DNA of 64,000 bases from Gemmatimonadota bacterium (GTDB taxonomy: Bacteria > Gemmatimonadota > Gemmatimonadetes > Gemmatimonadales > GWC2-71-9). The DNA lies in NCBI GenBank assembly GCA_003222115.1, contig QHUL01000052.1:3726-67725 (forward strand). Reading direction: 5' to 3'. Numbering within the stretch: the stretch's first letter is position 1; every line of letters starts with the position of its first letter. Shown piece by piece: positions 53,458-62,130 of the stretch. Made by a program: the position numbers and the translations under genes. The notes beneath the pieces were generated by a model that did not search any database, was not told where the DNA came from, and saw nothing but the letters and a program-made list of their open reading frames with translations.

Positions 53458-53820
53458 ATGGGCAAGCTCGGTTGGGCGCGGTGCCTCGACAACGTGGCGG
53501 ACATTCTCCGCCGGGGCGCGTGGTATGCGGTCGTGGAGGAGACGGGCGACGGCCACCTCGTCGTGTCGGTGCGCGATCAGCGGGTCCGGCTCAGCCGGCA
53601 CGACGTGCGCATGCGCCCCGACGCCCCCACGGACTGGAGCATCGTGGTCCGCACCGGCGTCCTCCGGCCGACCCTGGGAGGGAAGGGGATGGAGGTGGTG
53701 ACGACGTACGCCGTCTGCCCCCACTGCCACGAGCGCCAGGACTTCAGCGGCAAGCCCGACACGATGATCTGCCGGCGCTGCGGCCGCACGTCGTCGGTGG
53801 ACTGGTCGGAGACCTGTTGA
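53458..53820 (+). CDS. Hypothetical zinc-ribbon protein, paralogue B
   Basis: 120 aa. Contains ILRRGAWYAVV, WSIVV and CPHCHERQDFSG..CRRC. Paralogous to the ORF at 52371. Confidence 0.55.
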   Translation: MGKLGWARCLDNVADILRRGAWYAVVEETGDGHLVVSVRDQRVRLSRHDVRMRPDAPTDWSIVVRTGVLRPTLGGKGMEVVTTYAVCPHCHERQDFSGKPDTMICRRCGRTSSVDWSETC

Positions 53821-53914
53821 CTGCAACGGCGCGATCAGCCGTCCGCCCTCAGCCCTCCGCTTTCCTGCGACACCGCTCCTCAGGTGCGTCCAGCGGCGCT
53901 ATTGCGAGACGGTG

Positions 53915-53953
53915 AACAAATTAGTATGTTAATTATCAATATGTTAATTTGTT
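53915..53953. promoter_or_regulatory. AT-rich 39-bp palindromic operator candidate upstream of marR
   Basis: The sequence is AACAAATTAgtATGTTAATtatcaatATGTTAATTTGTT. The outer 9-bp arms are perfect reverse complements. The ATGTTAAT direct repeat occurs twice. It is the most AT-rich stretch of the window and lies 42 nt before the marR ATG. Confidence 0.5.
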
Positions 53954-53994
53954 GCGCACTGACGGCTGACAGCTGAAAGCCGACGGCTGTCGCT

Positions 53995-54456
53995 ATGACC
54001 GACCGCTCCGAGCTGGCCCTGCAACTCACCGACGCCGTGGGCGCCGCCTACACCGCCATCCAGCGCGCGGGGGATCGGGCGTTTCGTGCCTTCGGGCTAT
54101 CGCACCGCGCCCACGCCGCCCTCACGGCGGTCGACCGGGGGGGCGGCGACGGTGCCCGTCCGAAGGAGATCGCGGAGTCCCTCGGCGTGTCGCGGGCCGC
54201 CGCCACGACGTTCGTGCAGCGGCTCGAGGCGAAGGGGCTCGTCGAGACGACGCCCGACCTGGAGGACGACCGCGGCGTGCGCGTGACCCTCACCCGGCGC
54301 GGCCTGGAAGTGCTGCTACGGGTCGGCCAGCTGGAGCGGCGGCTTGCGGCGCGGGCGATCGAGGGAATGCCCGCCACGACCATCAGCCGCGGCGTCCACA
54401 CCCTGCAGGAGTTCAAGCGTCGCCTCGACGAGAAGCAGATCAGCGTGGTCCACTAG
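53995..54456 (+). CDS. MarR-family transcriptional regulator
   Basis: 153 aa. The winged-helix pattern is RPKEIAESLGVSRAAATTFVQRLEAKGLVETTPDLEDDRGVRVTLTRRG. Confidence 0.85.
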   Translation: MTDRSELALQLTDAVGAAYTAIQRAGDRAFRAFGLSHRAHAALTAVDRGGGDGARPKEIAESLGVSRAAATTFVQRLEAKGLVETTPDLEDDRGVRVTLTRRGLEVLLRVGQLERRLAARAIEGMPATTISRGVHTLQEFKRRLDEKQISVVH

Positions 54457-54465
54457 GCGGAGGAC

Positions 54466-55869
54466 GTGATGCGCAGGGCCAAGATCGTCGCCACGCTCGG
54501 ACCCGCCACCGGGACGCCCGACCGCATCGCCGCGCTGATCGAGGGGGGCGCGAACGTCATCCGGGTGAACGCCTCGCACGGTACGGCGGAGACGCGGGGG
54601 CGGTGGATCGAGGTCGTGCGGCGCGCCGCCGACGGCGCGGGCGTGCCGGTGGCGGTGCTCGTGGACCTGCAGGGCCCGCGGATCCGCGTGGGCGAGCTCG
54701 CCTCGAGCCGCGTGCTCCGCCCCGGCGCGGTGGTGGTGTTCGCGCCGCAGGAGCTCGCGACCGGCGATGAGATTCCCACGACCTATGCGGACCTCGCCCG
54801 CGACGCCCGGCCGGGCGCGCGGATTCTCCTCAACGACGGACTGCTCGCCGTCGAGGTAACGGAGGTCGCGCCGCCGCGGGTGCGCGCGCTGGTGGTGGAC
54901 GGGGGCTCCCTGACATCGCACAAGGGCATGAACCTGCCCGGCCTCCAGGTGAGCGCGCCCGCGCTGACCGACAAGGACCGCGAGGACGTCCGCGACGCCG
55001 TGGCGCGCGGCGTCGATTACGTCGCGCTCTCGTTCGTGCGGCGGGCCGAGGACCTCGCCGAGCTGCGGCGGCTCGTGCCGCCGACGGTGCAGATCGTGGC
55101 GAAGATCGAGAAGGCGACGGCCCTGGAAGACCTGGACCGCATCCTCGCCGCGTGCGACGCCGTGATGGTGGCACGGGGCGACCTGGGCGTGGAGCTGCCG
55201 TTCGAGGAAGTCCCCATCGTGCAGAAGCGCCTCATCCGGGAGGCGAACCGGCGCGGCAAGCCGGTCATCACCGCCACGCAGATGCTCGAGTCGATGGTCA
55301 ACCATCCACGGCCCACGCGCGCCGAGGCCTCGGACGTGGCGAACGCCATCCTCGACGGCACGGACGCCGTGATGCTCTCGGCCGAAACCGCGACGGGGGA
55401 GTACCCGCTGGAGGCGGTGCGCGCCATGGATCGGATCATCCGCGAGACCGAGCGGCAGAGCAGTGGGGCGGCCCGCGAGGGGCGGCGCATGGGGGAGCAG
55501 GAGGAGGTGTCCGTGGAGGACGCGATCGCGATCGGCACGCACGCGGTGGCGCGGATGCTCCGCACGCCGCTGATCGTGACGCTCACGAAAGGGGGGTTCA
55601 CGGCCCGCAAGGTCGCGGCCCTCCGGCCGCCCGTACCGATCCTCGCGGTCACGACGGAGGCGAGTGCGTTTCGACAGCTCGCGCTCGTGTGGGGCGTGGC
55701 GCCGGTCGTGGTGGACCACGTGCCCGGCTACGATGCAATGCTGGAAGTCGTGCGGGACCTGATCCTGAAGCGGGGGCTCGCTCGCCCCGGTGATCGTATC
55801 GTGATGACCGCCGGCGTGCCGTGGGAGGTGTCGGGGACCACGAACCTGCTCAAGGTCGAGGTCGTCTGA
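54466..55869 (+). CDS. pyk: Pyruvate kinase
   Basis: 467 aa. Contains RRAKIVATLGPA, NVIRVNASHG, MVARGDLGVELP and TQMLESM. Confidence 0.95.
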   Translation: MMRRAKIVATLGPATGTPDRIAALIEGGANVIRVNASHGTAETRGRWIEVVRRAADGAGVPVAVLVDLQGPRIRVGELASSRVLRPGAVVVFAPQELATGDEIPTTYADLARDARPGARILLNDGLLAVEVTEVAPPRVRALVVDGGSLTSHKGMNLPGLQVSAPALTDKDREDVRDAVARGVDYVALSFVRRAEDLAELRRLVPPTVQIVAKIEKATALEDLDRILAACDAVMVARGDLGVELPFEEVPIVQKRLIREANRRGKPVITATQMLESMVNHPRPTRAEASDVANAILDGTDAVMLSAETATGEYPLEAVRAMDRIIRETERQSSGAAREGRRMGEQEEVSVEDAIAIGTHAVARMLRTPLIVTLTKGGFTARKVAALRPPVPILAVTTEASAFRQLALVWGVAPVVVDHVPGYDAMLEVVRDLILKRGLARPGDRIVMTAGVPWEVSGTTNLLKVEVV

Positions 55870-55870
55870 C

Positions 55871-56653
55871 GTGCGACTGACCTTCCTCGGCACGGGCACG
55901 TCCTATGGGGTGCCGCAGATCGGCTGCCGCTGCCGTACCTGCACCTCGACCGACCCGCGGGACAAGCGCACCCGCACCGCCGCGGTGATCGAGTCGAGGG
56001 GCCGGCGGCTGCTGATCGACACTCCCCCCGAGCTGCGCCTGCAGCTCGTGGCGGCGGGCGTGACCGGGATCGACGCCGTGTTGTTCACGCACGCCCACGC
56101 CGATCACGTGCACGGCATCGACGACCTGCGAGCGATCTCGGTGAAGCACCACGCCGCGGTCGCGGCGTACGGTCCACCCGCGACGCTCAGCGAGCTCGCA
56201 AGGCGGTTTTCCTACATCTTCGATCCGGCGGTGCGGGTCGAGCCCGGGACGAGCAAGCCCGAGCTCGTGGCCCATCCACTCGCGGCGGACCGGGAGACGG
56301 AGATCGCCGGGATAGCGGTGCGCCCGCTGCCGCTGCCGCACGGGGACCGTGCGGTGTTCGGCTACCGTGTAGGGCCGATCGCCTACCTCACCGACGCGAA
56401 GACGATTCCCGAAGACGTGCGCCCGGCGCTCACGGGGCTCGAGGTGCTGGTGTTGAACGCCCTGCTGCCGCGGCCGCATCCGCTGCACCTGTCGATTCCC
56501 GAGGCCGTCGCCGTCGCGCAACAGCTGGGCGCGCGGCGCACCTTCCTCACGCATCTGACGCACGAGACGCCGCACGCCGAGCTCGCGGCGAGTCTGCCGG
56601 CGGGGATCGCCCCCGCGTACGACGGCCTGGTCATCGAGGTGGGCGCGGCCTAG
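55871..56653 (+). CDS. MBL-fold metallo-hydrolase (PhnP-like)
   Basis: 260 aa. Contains LTFLGTGTSYGVPQIGCRCRTC and FTHAHADHVHGIDDLR. Confidence 0.8.
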   Translation: MRLTFLGTGTSYGVPQIGCRCRTCTSTDPRDKRTRTAAVIESRGRRLLIDTPPELRLQLVAAGVTGIDAVLFTHAHADHVHGIDDLRAISVKHHAAVAAYGPPATLSELARRFSYIFDPAVRVEPGTSKPELVAHPLAADRETEIAGIAVRPLPLPHGDRAVFGYRVGPIAYLTDAKTIPEDVRPALTGLEVLVLNALLPRPHPLHLSIPEAVAVAQQLGARRTFLTHLTHETPHAELAASLPAGIAPAYDGLVIEVGAA

Positions 56654-56678
56654 ATTCCGCCGCAGGGAGGGCCTGTTC

Positions 56679-58055
56679 ATGTCCAACGACGTCGAAGCGA
56701 CCCTGCGACGCTTCCGCAGCCCCGCCGTGCGGCAGAGCGCCGAGATGGATCATCTCGTGCGGCAAGCGGTGTTCGGGACGCCGGAGGAGCGGGATCAGGC
56801 GCGCTGGCTCATCTGGGAGATCGGGCAGCACGCGGGCGTCCGCCCCGCGTCGATCCACGAGCTGTATCTGGCCCGCGGTCGCGGGGAGGTGCGGGCCTTC
56901 ACCACGCCGGCGATCAACGTGCGCGTGCTCGCGTATGACTCCGGCCGCGCCGTGTTCCGGGCGGCCCGGCGGCTCGACGTCGGTGCCGTGATTTGCGAGA
57001 TCGCGCGCAGCGAGATCGGCTACACCGAGCAGCGGCCGGCGGAGTATGTCGCTGTCATGACGGCCGCGGCGCTTCGGGAGGGCTTCACGGGGCCGCTCTT
57101 CATCCAGGGCGACCACGTGCAGGTGAACGCGAAGAAGTACGCGGCCGACGCGACAGCCGAGCTCACCGCCATCCGCGCGCTCATCGAGGAGGAGCTGCAG
57201 GCCGGCTTCTACAACATCGACGTCGACACGTCCACCCTGGTGGATCTCTCCAAGCCGAACCTCGACGAGCAGCAGCGCACGAACTGCGAGCGGGCCGCGG
57301 AGCTGACGGCATTCATCCGCGACCGCGAGCCTCAGGGTGTCACGGTGTCGGTCGGAGCCGAGATCGGCGAAGTGGGCGGGAAAAACTCCGATGTGCACGA
57401 GCTGCGGGCGTTCATGGAGGGCTACGACCGAACGCTGCGGCGCCTGGGGCGCTACGCGGGGATCAGCAAGATCTCCGTGCAGACGGGCACGAGTCACGGC
57501 GGCGTGGTCCTGCCCGACGGGTCGATGGCCAAGGTGCAGATCGACCTGGAGGCGCTGCGGGCGCTCTCGCTCGAGGCGCGGACGGTCTACGCACTGGGCG
57601 GCGCGGTGCAGCACGGGGCCTCCACGCTCCCGGCGGAAGCGTTCGGGCACTTCCCGGCCTGCGAAGCGATCGAGATTCATCTCGCGACGAACTTCCAGAA
57701 CATCGTCTTCGACCACCCGCGCCTCCCGGCCGATCTGCGGGCCGAGCTCAACGCCTGGGTGAAGGCCGAATGTCAGGACGAGCGGAAGCAGGGCGACACC
57801 GAGCAGCAGTTCATTTATAAGAGCCGCAAGAAGGCGATCGGACCGTTCAAGCGGCGGCTGTGGGATCTTCCCGAAGGCGCACGCGGCGCGATCGCCGCCG
57901 ACCTCGAGCGGACGTTCGCGTTCCTGTTCGAGCAGCTGCGCGTCGCCGACACGCGCGCCGTCGTGGACCGCCACGTGAAGCCGCCGCTCCAGTCGCATGC
58001 CGTGCCACGGGCGGTGGCGGTCGCGGCGCCGGATGACCTGGAGGCGGGCGAATGA
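56679..58055 (+). CDS. Class II (metal-dependent) ketose/fructose-bisphosphate aldolase family protein
   Basis: 458 aa. Contains FTTPAINV, LFIQGDHVQV, VGAEIGEVGG and VQTGTSHGG. Confidence 0.75.
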   Translation: MSNDVEATLRRFRSPAVRQSAEMDHLVRQAVFGTPEERDQARWLIWEIGQHAGVRPASIHELYLARGRGEVRAFTTPAINVRVLAYDSGRAVFRAARRLDVGAVICEIARSEIGYTEQRPAEYVAVMTAAALREGFTGPLFIQGDHVQVNAKKYAADATAELTAIRALIEEELQAGFYNIDVDTSTLVDLSKPNLDEQQRTNCERAAELTAFIRDREPQGVTVSVGAEIGEVGGKNSDVHELRAFMEGYDRTLRRLGRYAGISKISVQTGTSHGGVVLPDGSMAKVQIDLEALRALSLEARTVYALGGAVQHGASTLPAEAFGHFPACEAIEIHLATNFQNIVFDHPRLPADLRAELNAWVKAECQDERKQGDTEQQFIYKSRKKAIGPFKRRLWDLPEGARGAIAADLERTFAFLFEQLRVADTRAVVDRHVKPPLQSHAVPRAVAVAAPDDLEAGE

Positions 58056-58411
58056 GCGAGCGTGACAGCGGTGCGGACAGCGCCGGGGGCGGGGGCGGCC
58101 CGGGGTTCGGCGGGTTCCTGCTCGGCTTGGCCGTAGGGGCGGCGATCGGTTTCCTGTTCGCGCCCGAGGCGGGCACGGGCTCGCGCCGTCGGCTGGCCGG
58201 GAAGCTGCGGGAGCTGCGTGACCTCGCGGCCGACAAGGCTGGACAACTGGGCGAGCTGGTGGACGAGGCGCGCGCGGACGCCGAGGCCGTGTCCGCAGCG
58301 CGGGCGGAGGTGAAGCGCCGGGTGCTCGACGCGCGGCGCCGCCGGCACGCCATCGGGGCGGCGCGCCGCGGCGGGGCCACGGCCGAGGAGGAGGACGAGC
58401 CGCTCGCGTGA
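58052..58411 (+). CDS. YtxH-domain protein
   Basis: 119 aa. GFLLGLAVGAAIGFLFAPEAGTGSRRRL is the YtxH signature. 4-nt overlaps on both sides. Confidence 0.7.
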   Translation: MSERDSGADSAGGGGGPGFGGFLLGLAVGAAIGFLFAPEAGTGSRRRLAGKLRELRDLAADKAGQLGELVDEARADAEAVSAARAEVKRRVLDARRRRHAIGAARRGGATAEEEDEPLA

Positions 58412-59298
58412 GGCACGAAGGCGGGTGGCATCGGTCCGTCACCGGCGTCGTGCGGCGCACGTTGGAGGCGGCCTTCGAAGACAACATTCCGTTTCTCGCC
58501 AGCGCGCTCTCCTTCGACCTGCTCCTCACCACCCTCCCGTTCGTCATTCTGCTGCTCGCGGTCGTCGGCTACCTCGTCCAGCATCAGGTCACGACCCATC
58601 AGGTCCAGCTGCACGAGCTGCTCGCCCGCTTTCTGCCCAGCGGCGCGACCGGCGGCGGCGTGGGTGCCTTCGAGCAGGTGGAGAGCGCGCTGTCGGGCAT
58701 CGTGCGGCATCGCGGCCGGCTCACCTTGGTGGGACTGCCGCTGTTCCTGTGGTTCTCGACGCGCCTCTTCGGGGGCCTGCGCGCGGCCCTCAACGAGGTG
58801 TTCGACACCGACGAGATCCGCCCCTGGCCGATCGCCAAGCTGATCGACCTGACGATGGTGTTCGCCACCGGCGCCGTGCTGGTCGCGAATGCGCTGGTCG
58901 CGGCTTACGAGGCCCGCAACGCGGGGGTGATGAGCGGCAGCTTCGCGCTGGATTGGTTCTGGCGCTTCAGCATGGAGACGGTGGCGTTCGCGCTCGGCGT
59001 CCTGCTGTTCTTCCTGATCTTCAAGATCCTCCCCAGTCGGCGCATCCAGTGGCAGACGGCGCTCGTGGCCGCCGTGTTCTGCTCGCTTGGCTTCGAAGTA
59101 GCGAAGCGGCTGTACGCGCTGTACGTGGCGAAGTTCGTCACCTTCGACCGCGTCGCCTCGGACGCCAATGTCGTCGCGCTGTTCCTGTTCCTGCTGTGGA
59201 TCTACTACACGGCCTACCTGTTCCTGCTCGGCGGCGAGGTGGCGGAGACTTACGACCTCGTCCGCATGCGCCGCAGCCAGCGGGTCCAGCTGGGATGA
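58408..59298 (+). CDS. YihY/BrkB (virulence factor BrkB / former RNase BN) family membrane protein
   Basis: 296 aa, multi-TM. Contains [21 protein letters not shown] and a C-terminal [13 protein letters not shown]. Confidence 0.8.
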   Translation: MRHEGGWHRSVTGVVRRTLEAAFEDNIPFLASALSFDLLLTTLPFVILLLAVVGYLVQHQVTTHQVQLHELLARFLPSGATGGGVGAFEQVESALSGIVRHRGRLTLVGLPLFLWFSTRLFGGLRAALNEVFDTDEIRPWPIAKLIDLTMVFATGAVLVANALVAAYEARNAGVMSGSFALDWFWRFSMETVAFALGVLLFFLIFKILPSRRIQWQTALVAAVFCSLGFEVAKRLYALYVAKFVTFDRVASDANVVALFLFLLWIYYTAYLFLLGGEVAETYDLVRMRRSQRVQLG

Positions 59299-60320
59299 CG
59301 GTCATCGACCTGCGCTCGGACACGGTCACCAAGCCGTCCGCCGCCATGCGCCGCGCCATCGCCGAGGCCGTGGTGGGCGACGACGTGCTCGATGGGGACC
59401 CGACCACGCGCCTGCTCGAGCGGCGCGTGGCGGAGCTCCTCGGCAAGGAGGACTCGCTGTTCTTTCCGTCGGGAACCCAGGCGAACCAGACCGGCATCGC
59501 GCTGCAGACGCGGCCCGGCACGGAGCTCATCCTCGAGGCCAACGCGCACCTGGTGCATTACGAGCTCGCGGGCGTGGCGGCCCTGTCGGGGGCGCAAATC
59601 CGCCCCGTGACCACGCCGGACGGGCTGCTGACGGGGGAACTGGTGCGCGCGGCGCTCCGACCCGCGTCCCCTCACGTGCCGCGCGCCACGGCTGTCGCGG
59701 TGGAGAACACGCACAACGCGGCGGGCGGCAAGGTGATGTCGCCTGAGGTCATGGCCGGAATCGCCACGGTGGCCGCGCAGGCCGGCCTGGGGCTGCACCT
59801 CGACGGCGCGCGGCTCTGGAACGCCGCCGCCGCGACCGGCGTCCCGCTGACGCGCCTCGCCGCGGGGGCGGGGACGGTGATGGTGAGTTTCTCCAAGGGG
59901 CTGGGCTGTCCTGCGGGCTCGTGCCTGGCCTTCCGCGCTGCGGACCGGGCGCTCGCCTGGGAGATCCGCAAGCGCCTCGGCGGCGGCATGCGGCAGTCCG
60001 GCATTCTCGCCGCAGCGGCGCTCTACGCGCTCGATCACCATCTCGGACGGCTGCAGCAGGACCACGCGCACGCCAAGCTGCTCGCCGAGCTAGTGGCGGA
60101 CTGTCCGGCTGTCCGCCCATCCGCACCGGAGACGAACATCGTGATGATCGATCTCGTGCGGGAACGGGACACGGTGGACGCCGTGCTCCCCAAGCTCACC
60201 CAAGCGGGGGTGCTGCTCGTCCCGTTCGGTCCGCGGCGGTTGCGGGCCGTCACCCATCTCGACGTCGGCCGCGACGAGGTGGAGCGGGCGGCCGCGGTCA
60301 TCCGCCGCGTCGTCGGTTAG
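59295..60320 (+). CDS. ltaE: Low-specificity L-threonine aldolase (PLP-dependent)
   Basis: This is the last 341 aa of track ORF 58425..60320. ATGA overlap with the upstream gene. Contains [31 protein letters not shown] and SFSKGLG. Confidence 0.85.
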   Translation: MTVIDLRSDTVTKPSAAMRRAIAEAVVGDDVLDGDPTTRLLERRVAELLGKEDSLFFPSGTQANQTGIALQTRPGTELILEANAHLVHYELAGVAALSGAQIRPVTTPDGLLTGELVRAALRPASPHVPRATAVAVENTHNAAGGKVMSPEVMAGIATVAAQAGLGLHLDGARLWNAAAATGVPLTRLAAGAGTVMVSFSKGLGCPAGSCLAFRAADRALAWEIRKRLGGGMRQSGILAAAALYALDHHLGRLQQDHAHAKLLAELVADCPAVRPSAPETNIVMIDLVRERDTVDAVLPKLTQAGVLLVPFGPRRLRAVTHLDVGRDEVERAAAVIRRVVG

Positions 60321-60348
60321 GGCGCGCAACGGGGCCGGAGCATATCTT

Positions 60349-62001
60349 GTGGGCGTGGGCAAACCGTTCCCCCTCGCGCGCTCCATCCTGTGGCGACCCG
60401 CGAGCGGCGGACCTCCCCCCGCCGCGGACCTCGTCGACCCCCTGTTTTTCGGCCCGGCTGCCCTCGCGGCGCTCTACGATCACCTCGCGACGGTCGCCGC
60501 CGCGGCCGAGGCCAAGGGCGGCGGCGTCCTCGGGTTTCTGATCGGAGACGTGGCCGAGGATCCGGAGACCGGTGCGCCCTACTTCGTGATAGACGCGTGC
60601 GTGCGGTTCAAGCAGGCCGTGTTCGGGGACCGCACCGGCGTCGTGGTCGGCAAGCTGTGGGATCCCGTGCAACGGCAGCTCGCCCGCAGCCAGGCGCGGC
60701 TGATCGGCTGGTACCACAGCCATCCGCCACGCGGCATCGAACTCACGTCCGAGGACGTCGCGACCCACGAGCAGTACTTCGACGAACAGTGGCACGTGGC
60801 ATTGGTGCTGGGGACGCTCGATGACGAGCCGGCGGCCGGATTCTACCGGCCCGGGAGCGAGTCCGGAACGGACGTGTGCCTGCCGTTCTACGAGCTGTTG
60901 CAGGAGGACCCGCTCGCGCAGGGCGGCAAGCAGCGCTCCAGCGTCACCTGGAAGAACTACCGCGCGGTCGACCCGAAGGCGCCGGCTCCGAAAGAGCGCA
61001 AGAGCGGGCCCAGGCCAGAGCTCTCGCTCCCCACCTTGCCCTCGCTCGAGTCCTGGCACGAGCCCTCGGCCATACCGGACCTGGGCGAGCCGACGGCTCC
61101 CGCCGCGAGCGACGAGGCTCAGGCCCCGAGCGAGGAGGCTCCCGAGCCGCCCCTGCCGCCTCCCCCGCCCCCGCCGCCACGCGCGGCACGACGCACGCCG
61201 TCCCAGCCAATTGCCTCCCCGCCTTCTGATCTCCCATTCCTGTCGCTCGAGGATTCGGTTGCGGAGACGATCGAGCAGGCAGCACCACCGCCGCCCCCCC
61301 CGTTCCCCTCGGCTCCGCCCGAGCCCCGTCCGGCGAAGCAGGAACGCAAGAAGGTCAAGCGGCGACGCCGGCTGCGTGTGCCCCGTGCGGTGTGGAAGGG
61401 AGCGATCGCCGTAATCGTGGCGCTCGCGGCTGCGGGAGCCTATTGGCGCTTCGTTCACCTGACGCCAGCGCAGGTGGGGGAGCGAATCACGAAGGTCGCC
61501 GTGGGGCTCGCCGACCGCGCGGTTGCCTTGTTCGACCGCGCGGCCGCACTCGTCGCCCGCCCGGCCGCACCGTCGGGCCGGCGGGCTGCGGCACCGCCGC
61601 GCACCGCCAGGCCGGCGCCCCAGCGGCCCGCCCCGACCCCGCAGCCCGCTCCGATCACCCAGCCCGCCCCGCCCCCGCCCCCGCCCGCGTCTCCGCCCCC
61701 GCTTCCCGCTCCCCGGCCTGCGGCGCAGCGGCCGAAGCTCGATGTGGTGGCGGACTCAGTGGCGCGGGCGCTGCGCGGCTACCAGGGGCAGGCAAATCTG
61801 TTCGCGCAACGACGCCTCGACTGCGCGGGGCTCGCTCGCGAACTGGCGGCGGTGGAGAGTCGCTGGCTCAGCTACAGCGCCGAGCGCCGCGCGGTGCGGG
61901 CGGCGCTCGACCCCGCGCGCGCCGCGACCGAGCGGTCGCTCTACGCGAGCGTCGATTCGGTGGAGCGGGGCTTCGACCGAACGGGATGCCCGCGACCCTA
62001 G
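60349..62001 (+). CDS. Membrane-anchored MPN+/JAMM-domain protein with Pro-rich linkers and a novel Cys-containing C-terminal domain
   Basis: 550 aa with a GTG start 8 nt after a GGAG box. JAMM elements are E in AEAKGGGVLGFLIG and HSH-x7-T-xx-D in IGWYHSHPPRGIELTSED. TM helix AIAVIVALAAAGAYW. The C-terminus ends in GCPRP. Confidence 0.7.
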   Translation: MGVGKPFPLARSILWRPASGGPPPAADLVDPLFFGPAALAALYDHLATVAAAAEAKGGGVLGFLIGDVAEDPETGAPYFVIDACVRFKQAVFGDRTGVVVGKLWDPVQRQLARSQARLIGWYHSHPPRGIELTSEDVATHEQYFDEQWHVALVLGTLDDEPAAGFYRPGSESGTDVCLPFYELLQEDPLAQGGKQRSSVTWKNYRAVDPKAPAPKERKSGPRPELSLPTLPSLESWHEPSAIPDLGEPTAPAASDEAQAPSEEAPEPPLPPPPPPPPRAARRTPSQPIASPPSDLPFLSLEDSVAETIEQAAPPPPPPFPSAPPEPRPAKQERKKVKRRRRLRVPRAVWKGAIAVIVALAAAGAYWRFVHLTPAQVGERITKVAVGLADRAVALFDRAAALVARPAAPSGRRAAAPPRTARPAPQRPAPTPQPAPITQPAPPPPPPASPPPLPAPRPAAQRPKLDVVADSVARALRGYQGQANLFAQRRLDCAGLARELAAVESRWLSYSAERRAVRAALDPARAATERSLYASVDSVERGFDRTGCPRP

Positions 62002-62130
62002 CGGGCGCCTGACGTGGTCCTCGTCCTGCAAGCGGGGCCGGCGGTGTCTCGGAAATATTGCTCCAGCGTCGATGAAGATGTGTAACACGATTGCCACAAT
62101 CTGAGCGATGGCCGTCGCAAGCCGCCCGCC

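Noticed and set aside
53442-53915. 157-aa plus-strand ORF overlapping paralogue B in another frame
   Set aside because: The 53458 frame yields a protein clearly paralogous to the 52371 product, with conserved Cys pairs. The 53442 frame gives an Arg/Gly/Pro-rich sequence without similarity to anything.
25098-62001. Linking the ubiquitin-like mini-protein (25098) and the JAMM/MPN+ protein (60349) into a single Ubl-deconjugation system
   Set aside because: They are about 35 kb apart and in different operons. The Ubl lacks a C-terminal Gly-Gly, and no E1/E2-like gene is visible in the window. The connection is speculation only, so I report the two observations separately.
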